Translations under genes and position numbers: made by a program
Shown here: one piece after another, positions 39,948 to 46,430 of the stretch
How positions within the stretch are numbered: position 1 is the first letter of the stretch
Layout: every line of letters begins with the position of its first letter
Notes under the pieces: model-generated
The model's input: the letters and a program-made list of their open reading frames with translations, nothing else
What the model was told of the DNA's origin: nothing
The model's database searches: none
DNA from: Candidatus Methanomethylophilaceae archaeon
GTDB lineage: Archaea; Thermoplasmatota; Thermoplasmata; Methanomassiliicoccales; Methanomethylophilaceae
DNA length: 46,430 bases
Direction: 5' to 3'
Assembly: GCA_944320495.1 (NCBI GenBank)
Contig: CALUHR010000010.1
Location: 1-46,430, forward strand

Positions 39948-41198
39948 TCGCGCGCGAACTATCGCGCCCGCGAGGGCATCGATCTCCACCTGGGTCTGCT
40001 CTCCGGTGGCCATGTTCCTCAGGGTCACGCAGCCCTCCTCGAGCTCCCTGGCGCCGACGATCACCGCGTACCTGGCGCGGGCCGAGGACGCGAACTTCAG
40101 CGCCTTGGCCATCTTCCTGTCCATGAAGTCGATGTCCGCGGACACGCCGGCCGTCCTCAGCGAGGCGGCGATTTCGGCGGCCTTCACGCGGACGTCGTCG
40201 GACACGCAGAGCACGTAGGCGTCGATGCCGTCGAAGTCGTAGGAGGAGCCCTCCTTCTCTAGTGCCAGCAGGGCCCTGTCGAAGCCGACGGCGAAGCCTG
40301 TGGAGAACACCTTCTCGCCACCGAAGAGTTCGGAGAGCGTGTAGGACCCTCCACCGCAGATCTGCTTCTCGGCTCCGAGCGCCGGGGCCTCCGCCTCGAA
40401 CACCATGCCGGTGTAGTAGTCGAGACCGCGAACGACGCCCAGATCGATCTCCAGGTCCCTGACGCCCATGGCGTCCAGGTAGGAGACGACCTGCCTGAGC
40501 CAGTCCCCGGCCTCTCCTGGAACCCTGTCCAGGACCTCGGTGCCGCCGACGGTCTCCGTGAGCTCGAACAGCGCCTCCATGTCCGCATCGGAGACGCCCA
40601 TGTCCGCCAGGATCGGCCTGGCCTCGTCGTACAGCTTCTTGTCCAGCTTCTGGAGGACCTCGGCGGTCCTCTCCTTGGGCACGCCGATGTCCGCGATCCT
40701 CTGCCTGAGGACGCCGATGTGGCCTATGCGAAGGCGGTAGTCCTTCAGACCCAGCGATTTCAGCATGGCGGACGCGGTGGCGATGGCCTCCGCATCGGTC
40801 TGCGGGGTGGCGCTGCCGATGATCTCCGCACCGAACTGGAAGAACTCTCTGTACCTGCCGCTCTGGGGGCGCTCGTACCTGAAGCACTGGCCGAAGTAGA
40901 ACACCTTGATCGGCTTCGGCTCGTTGCTCATGTTGTTGACGAACATCCTGATGACCGGCGCGGTCATCTCCGGGCGGAGGGCGATGGAGCGGTCGCCCTT
41001 GTCCTTGAACTCGTAGAGCTCCTTGAGGACGTTGGGGCCGGATCTGAGGATGAAAAGCTCCGAATCCTCGAAGATCGGGGTCTCGACCTCCCTGAACCCG
41101 AAGGTCCTGGCCGTCTCCCTGAGCTTTCCTTCGTAGAACCTGCGCCTCTCCATCTCATCGGGCAGGAAGTCCCTGGTCCCGCGCGGACACTGAATCAT
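39948..41198 (-). CDS. hisS: Histidine-tRNA ligase
   Basis: PRGTRDFLP, LRPEMTAP, FRYERPQSGRYREFFQ, VRGLDYYTG. First CGA at 39948-39950; standard TAA at 39939. Confidence 0.97.
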
Positions 41199-41280
41199 GT
41201 GGCTTTCGATACCGAGGACCCATATAACAACTGTCCTCGGCGGGCGATACGGCATATAGCCGCCACGCGATTACAGTGAC

Positions 41281-43155
41281 ATGGACGCCAGGACCGTGGC
41301 CGGGAAGTCCCTCTTCTTCATCCTCATATGCGCGTTCGTCACGGCGTTCTCCCGTGTGTTCGGCCCGGAGAACAACCTCGTCGGCGTCATCATCCTGGTC
41401 CTGGCGCTGACCATGCTGTCGCGGGACCTGTCTGTCCGGCCGGTGTGGAACCTCGGGGTGATGACGGCCTGCGTCCTGGCCATGGGACTGTTCTCCTTCG
41501 CATCGGTTTGGCTCGGGAATCCGCTGGTGGGCGCCGTGCTGAACTTCGCCTTCGTCTTCGGGGCCTGCTTCTACGCGATGCACGACCTGAACTCCCCGAT
41601 GCACTTCCCGTTCCTGCTAGGATACGCGTTCATGCTCTCGGTCCCGGTGGCCGCGGAGGACCTCCCGCTGAGGCTGCTGGCACTCATCGTTGGCGCGGTG
41701 TTCGTAGTCGGGCTGAACGTCCTATCCCATCACGTCTCCAAGGGCAGGAGGGAGCACGAGGGCATCGTGTCGATATGCGACGAGGTCTCCTCGATCTGCG
41801 TGTCCGCCAGGGCCGGTGCGTCCCCATCGACCGACAAGCTCGACGCGCTCTGCGCCAGGATGGACGGCTACCTCTACGAGAGGCTGAAGTCCAGGTTCCT
41901 TTCCAGACCGGGGGACCGCAGGATGCTGGACGTCATCGTCTCCCTTCAGGTGATCGGCTCCGCCGCCGCCCTCCGGGAGCGGGACCCGGAGACCCTCGAC
42001 TCGCTATCCGACATCATGGCGAGGATGTCCTCGTTCCAGAAGGGGGAGGACATGCAGCCCCTCCTCGACGCGATAGACTCCTTCCTCGTCGACTGTCCGG
42101 ACGCCGACCCCGAGGCGCGCTCCGCCCTCAGGCTCCTGAGGGACCAGCTGTGGAGGATGGCGTTCAGCACCTCCGAGGGGAGCTTCGACGAGGCCGACAT
42201 CCCCGCGTCCTTCAGGATCGGGACCGTCCTCAGGGAGAGCCTCCGCCTGGACTCGGCGAGGTTCACGTTCTCCTTCCGCATGGCGCTGGTGTTCTCGCTG
42301 TGCGCGTTCGTCTGGCAGGGCTGGGGCGACGAGAACGCCAAGGCGCTGGTGTTCACGACCATAGCCATGGTCCAGCCCTATCTCGAGGGGACCGCCAGGC
42401 GCACGGCCTTGCGCCTGGTCGGGACCGTCGCCGGGATAGCCGCGGCGATACTGTCGCTGGTGATCGCCGGAGGCGACCTGGCGGTGCTCACCGTCATCAT
42501 GCTGGTGGCTAACTACGTGTTCACGGTGATGTCCCCGCTCAGATACGACGTCATGATGGCCTTCGTCACCCTGTCGTCGCTCCTCACCGCGATGATGACC
42601 AACCCGCCGGAGACGATCCTCACCGAGAGGGTCGCCTTCGTGTTCGCCGGCGTGCTCATAGCCAGCGCCGCGAACCGTATCATCCTGCCCTACCGCCTGG
42701 CCGACGAGAACGTCGAGCTCTGCGGGAGGTATCTGGGCATCGTCAGGGACCTCATCGGGCGCCTCGGCGAGTCCCTGGACGGACGCCAGGACCGCCTGGC
42801 GGAGACCGCCCTCGTGCTCAGGGCCTCCACAGTGTCGTCCAAGATCAGGACCAATGTCACCGGAAACCCGGACCTCCCGACCAAGGTCCTCCTCTCCCGC
42901 CTCGACAGGCTGACCGTCGGCATCCGGCTGCTGTCCGGCTCGCTGACCACCGCCGGCTCGGAGTGCAGGGGGATCGTCGGAGGCATGGTGTCCTCATTCG
43001 ACCCGGATTCCCGCGACGGGGTGGAGGCTCCGGACACCTCAGGCCTCGAACCGAAGGAGGCCGACATGGTCCGCGAGACCGCCGGGATCCTGGACGGATA
43101 CCTCCGCGGCTCCGCCCTTTACGATACGATGTCATCCGGCGCCCGTCAGCTATAA
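41281..43155 (+). CDS. FUSC/aromatic-acid-exporter family membrane protein
   Basis: N-terminal TM bundle, helical linker, second TM block (FSFRMALV, VQPY, RLVGTVAG, ERVAFV). Confidence 0.8.
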   Translation: MDARTVAGKSLFFILICAFVTAFSRVFGPENNLVGVIILVLALTMLSRDLSVRPVWNLGVMTACVLAMGLFSFASVWLGNPLVGAVLNFAFVFGACFYAMHDLNSPMHFPFLLGYAFMLSVPVAAEDLPLRLLALIVGAVFVVGLNVLSHHVSKGRREHEGIVSICDEVSSICVSARAGASPSTDKLDALCARMDGYLYERLKSRFLSRPGDRRMLDVIVSLQVIGSAAALRERDPETLDSLSDIMARMSSFQKGEDMQPLLDAIDSFLVDCPDADPEARSALRLLRDQLWRMAFSTSEGSFDEADIPASFRIGTVLRESLRLDSARFTFSFRMALVFSLCAFVWQGWGDENAKALVFTTIAMVQPYLEGTARRTALRLVGTVAGIAAAILSLVIAGGDLAVLTVIMLVANYVFTVMSPLRYDVMMAFVTLSSLLTAMMTNPPETILTERVAFVFAGVLIASAANRIILPYRLADENVELCGRYLGIVRDLIGRLGESLDGRQDRLAETALVLRASTVSSKIRTNVTGNPDLPTKVLLSRLDRLTVGIRLLSGSLTTAGSECRGIVGGMVSSFDPDSRDGVEAPDTSGLEPKEADMVRETAGILDGYLRGSALYDTMSSGARQL

Positions 43156-43181
43156 CGCCACGGACGCCGATTCCGACCCTC

Positions 43182-44687
43182 ATGAGCACATTGTTCCTCG
43201 GCGGAGACATCATAACCATGACCGACAGGACGGCGGAGGCCGTCGTCGCCGAGGACGGCAGGATCGTCGCCGTCGGGAAGGCGGACGAGCTGAGAGCCAG
43301 ATACCCGGGTGCGGAGGTCCGCGATCTCGGCGGGAGGACCCTCATGCCCGGGTTCGTCGACGCCCACGGGCACTTCGCGGCATACGCCATGTCCCTGTTG
43401 CAACTCTCCCTTAGGGACGCACGCGACATGCGCACGCTCCTGGATTCCATATCGGAGAGACGCGCCTCCACACCCGAGGGCGGATGGGTGGATGCCCGCG
43501 ACTACGACCCCTCGAAGCTGTCGGAACACCGTGATCCCACACTCGAGGAGCTGGACTCCGCCTGCCCCGACCGGCCGCTGTGCCTGCATCACGTCTCCGG
43601 GCATCTGGGTCTGTTCAACTCCGTTGCCATGAGAACGCTCGGTCTTGACTCCTGCCGCCTCGAGGAGGGACCGTTCATCTCGGCCATCCAGGGCATACCG
43701 ATGGGGTCCCCCGAGGAGGTCCACCGCGCGTTCCTGGAGGCCCAGGAGCGCTTCGCCTCCTACGGCATCACCACCGCCCAGGAGGCGCTGATCAAGAGGG
43801 AGATGGTCCCCCTCGTCAGTCCTCTGATGGACTCCCCCGAGTTCTGGATCGACATCCTGGGCTTCGCCGACGCGGCGCACCGCGTCGAGGTCATGGACAT
43901 GCTCGGCATACCCGCCGGGGAGTGGCACGGTCATCTGAAGGTCAAGGGCGTCAAGGTCCTACTGGACGGTTCCCCCCAGGGAGGGACCGCATGGATGGCC
44001 GAGCCCTACCTGGACGGACACAACGGCTCCGCCACCACCGATCCGATCGATCTGCGCAGGTACCTGAGGGATGCTGCGGTGCTGGGGCTCGAGGTAGCCG
44101 TCCACTGCAACGGCGACGCCGCATGCAGGGAGCTTGTGGATGCCGTCGAGGAGGTCAGTCGCGACACCGGCCTGGAGCAGCACGTGGTGATGATACACGC
44201 CCAGTTCCTGACCTCGGACCTCATGGATCGCATGAAGGCCGTCGACATGGAGCCCTCCTTCTTCGTATCCCACTCGTGGTACTGGGGCGACCTCTATGTA
44301 GAGCTCTTCGGACGCGACCGCGCCGACCGCCTCAGCCCCTGCGGCACCGCCCTGTCCAAGGGTATGAGGATCACGATCCATCAGGACGAGCCGGTCCTGG
44401 AGCCGTGGCCGATGGACGCCGTCTTCTGCGCCGTGAACAGGAGGACCGAGGGAGGGGACGTCCGCGGCGAGGACGAGCGGATCGGCATAATGGACGCCCT
44501 GAGGGCTGTCACAGTCGACTCGGCTGGACAGAACCGCGAGGGAGGCATCGGGACCATCGAGGAAGGGGGCTGGGCCGACCTCGTAATCCTGGACAGGAAC
44601 CCACTCAGATGCGCCCCGTCAGAGCTCAGGGAGGTGACCGTCCTGGAGACGATCAAGCGCGGAAAGACCGTGTACATAAGGGACCGA
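43182..44687 (+). CDS. Amidohydrolase 3 (YtcJ-like) metal-dependent hydrolase
   Basis: LMPGFVDAHGH, KVLLDGSPQGGTAWM, HCNGDAA, IHAQ, HQDEP, ADLVILD, ETIKRGKTVY. First CGA at 44685-44687; standard stop at 44789. Confidence 0.9.
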
Positions 44688-44766
44688 TTACGGATCGAAC
44701 GAAGAGCTCGGTTGAACTCAATCAACCGCTCCATCGGCCAAAGCAGGGCATTGGAGGACGCGATTG

Positions 44767-44900
44767 TCGTCTCACCAGGGCATCGTTGACCGAGACCCTG
44801 CCGTACTCCATGTCCTCGATTGCCGAAACTGGCACCTCGGAGCGCTCCGTCAGCTGACCTGTGCTTAATCCCTCGGCTTGCGGACCTGCCTGTTTTTAAT
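44767..44900 (-). pseudogene. Possible frameshifted XRE-HTH remnant
   Basis: IKNRQVRKPR joined by a frameshift to GLSTGQLTERSEVPVSAIEDMEYGRVSVNDALVR gives an XRE-HTH-like pattern. No clean start. Confidence 0.3.
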
Positions 44901-45176
44901 CGGAATCGCGAGCCGGCACACGATGCTGAGACCGTTCAGTCCGAGGATTTGGGACCGCCTGTATCGAAAATGTCCGTTCATATACCCGCTGCGATACTGG
45001 TTGGAGGACCATTCATTGTCCGTATCCGGTGATTCGGCTCGGCATAGTCCCGAATCGAAGTCGTTGTGCCGGTTGTCGTATCCTAGGAGCGACCCTCGAG
45101 CCTGTACTGGGACCGTGATAGAGCGCGAGGATGCGCATACGGACAACCTGCAACTCAGCAAAAATGGGAAAATGAG

Positions 45177-45249
45177 TGCGGACGCCGGGATTCGAACCCG
45201 AGTTCTAACCTTGGCAAGGTTAAGTGATAACCAGCTACACTACGTCCAC
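45177..45249 (-). tRNA. tRNA-Gly (anticodon GCC)
   Basis: GTGGACG/CGTCCGC acceptor stem, anticodon arm TAACC-TTGCCAA-GGTTA, T-loop GTTCGAATC. No encoded CCA. Confidence 0.95.
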
Positions 45250-45276
45250 ACGGGCAGACTGTGGATTCTCTCATCC

Positions 45277-45285
45277 GATATAAAG
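45277..45285 (-). promoter_or_regulatory. TATA box of tRNA-Gly
   Basis: CTTTATATC on the minus strand, about 28-36 nt upstream of the tRNA 5' end. Confidence 0.55.
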
Positions 45286-45426
45286 GTTGCTACGAGACGA
45301 ATGGGGAGCCGCGCCACGCTCCCTCTTCAATCTTTTTTATATCCTTATATAAGAGCACCTGGTACGGTCCAGCGAAGAAGGTTGTCTGAGTCGGTCTCAG
45401 GCAGGTTTCGGATCGAGTGATATCCG

Positions 45427-46430
45427 ATGATTTCCAAATTCACAGACATAGGCATCCCCGAGGATGTCGCCAAGGCCATGGACGACATGGGATGGGTCGA
45501 GCCCACCCCGATCCAGGTCAACTCCGTCCCCCTCGGACTCCAGGGGATCGACATGTTCGCGCAGGCGCAGACCGGTACCGGCAAGACCGGGGCCTACGGT
45601 TCCATCGTACTCGGCACGATCGAGGCCGGACGCAAGGTGCCGTCCGCCATCGTCCTCGTCCCCACCAGGGAGCTGGCCAACCAGGTCTCCGAGGAGCTCT
45701 CCAAGCTCGCCAAGTACTCCGGGCACGTGTGCCTCCCCATCTACGGCGGAGCGAGCATCGAGGGTCAGATTAAGAAGCTCGAGAAGGGCTGCGACATCGT
45801 CGCCGGAACCCCCGGGAGGGTCAGGGACATGATTACCAGGAAGGTCCTCAACCTCTCCGAGATCACCACTCTGGTCCTCGATGAGGCGGACAGGATGCTC
45901 GACATGGGCTTCATCGATGACATCGAGTTCATCCTCAAAGCCATGCCGTCGAACCACCACACCATGCTGTTCTCCGCCACCATGCAGGAGAACGTCAAGC
46001 AGCTGGCGTTCGACTATATGAGGAACCCCAAGGAGGTCTCCGTCTCCCAGGACGAGGTCGTCCTGGACCTGACCAAGCAGTACTACATCTCCGTCGGCAG
46101 GAGGAACAAGTCCTGGGCCCTGTGCAGGATCCTGGACCTGGACAAGCCGAAGGCAATCATCTTCTGCCAGACCAAGAAGATGGTCGACGTCCTCGAGGAG
46201 AGGCTCACCAGCCTGGACTACAAGGTCGAGGCCATCCACGGCGACATGCCCCAGAGCAAGAGGGAGAAGGTCATGTCCGACTTCAGGGAGGACAAGACCG
46301 ACGTCCTCATCGCCACCGACGTCGCCGCCAGGGGACTGGACATCGACGACATCACGTACGTCATCAACTACGACATGCCCGACGACATCGACACCTACAT
46401 CCACCGCATCGGAAGGACCGGCAGGGCCGG
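45427..46430 (+). CDS. DEAD-box RNA helicase (partial, runs off the right edge)
   Basis: Q motif PTPIQ, AQTGTGKT, PTRELA, TPGR, DEADRM, SAT, ARGLD and HRIGRTGRA. Confidence 0.95.
   Translation, partial: MISKFTDIGIPEDVAKAMDDMGWVEPTPIQVNSVPLGLQGIDMFAQAQTGTGKTGAYGSIVLGTIEAGRKVPSAIVLVPTRELANQVSEELSKLAKYSGHVCLPIYGGASIEGQIKKLEKGCDIVAGTPGRVRDMITRKVLNLSEITTLVLDEADRMLDMGFIDDIEFILKAMPSNHHTMLFSATMQENVKQLAFDYMRNPKEVSVSQDEVVLDLTKQYYISVGRRNKSWALCRILDLDKPKAIIFCQTKKMVDVLEERLTSLDYKVEAIHGDMPQSKREKVMSDFREDKTDVLIATDVAARGLDIDDITYVINYDMPDDIDTYIHRIGRTGRA

Noticed and set aside
4461-44789. Sequencing or assembly error as the cause of the terminal CGA codons
   Set aside because: It would need T-to-C errors to hit the first base of TGA stops on both strands in 13-14 genes with no shared sequence context, while the reading frames are otherwise intact. 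It also would not explain the absence of internal CGA. Raw reads are still needed to exclude it formally.
4461-44789. General C-to-U editing creating all stop codons (CAA, CAG, CGA)
   Set aside because: CAG and CAA are used normally as internal Gln codons and are not enriched at gene ends. The CGA sites share no flanking motif. Editing is kept only as a secondary alternative because of the ACGA site.
1-46430. Pyrrolysine (TAG) or selenocysteine (TGA) read-through genes
   Set aside because: No intact gene in the window continues past an in-frame TAG or TGA. The only internal TAG is in a degraded remnant at 30081.

Overview
GC-rich archaeal chromosome segment. The gene set (rpL40e, archaeal-type MAT, AcnX phosphomevalonate dehydratase, HypA/HypD, NikR, REC-DUF835 regulator) points to a host-associated Methanomassiliicoccales (Methanomethylophilaceae-like) methanogen; this is inference. 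It holds about 46 CDSs, tRNA-Pro(CGG), tRNA-Gly(GCC), the decayed right end of an integrative element at tRNA-Pro, and a few pseudogene remnants. Main observation: in-frame CGA behaves like a stop codon. Reading the Arg codons of all called genes by eye, I found no CGA inside any protein body, while AGG, CGC, AGA, CGT and CGG all occur internally. In 14 of the 44 genes with a visible 3' end, the first in-frame CGA lies at or beyond the end of the recognisable protein (13 clean cases, 1 ambiguous), before a junk tail of 1-84 aa. At three junctions CGA sits in the TGATG/ATGA stop-start overlap position (CGATG, ACGA). The other genes end in TGA (28) or TAA (2); none ends in TAG. This suggests a genetic code with CGA as STOP, possibly alongside TAG as pyrrolysine. 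Where it applies, CDS coordinates end at the CGA and the standard-code end is given in the evidence.
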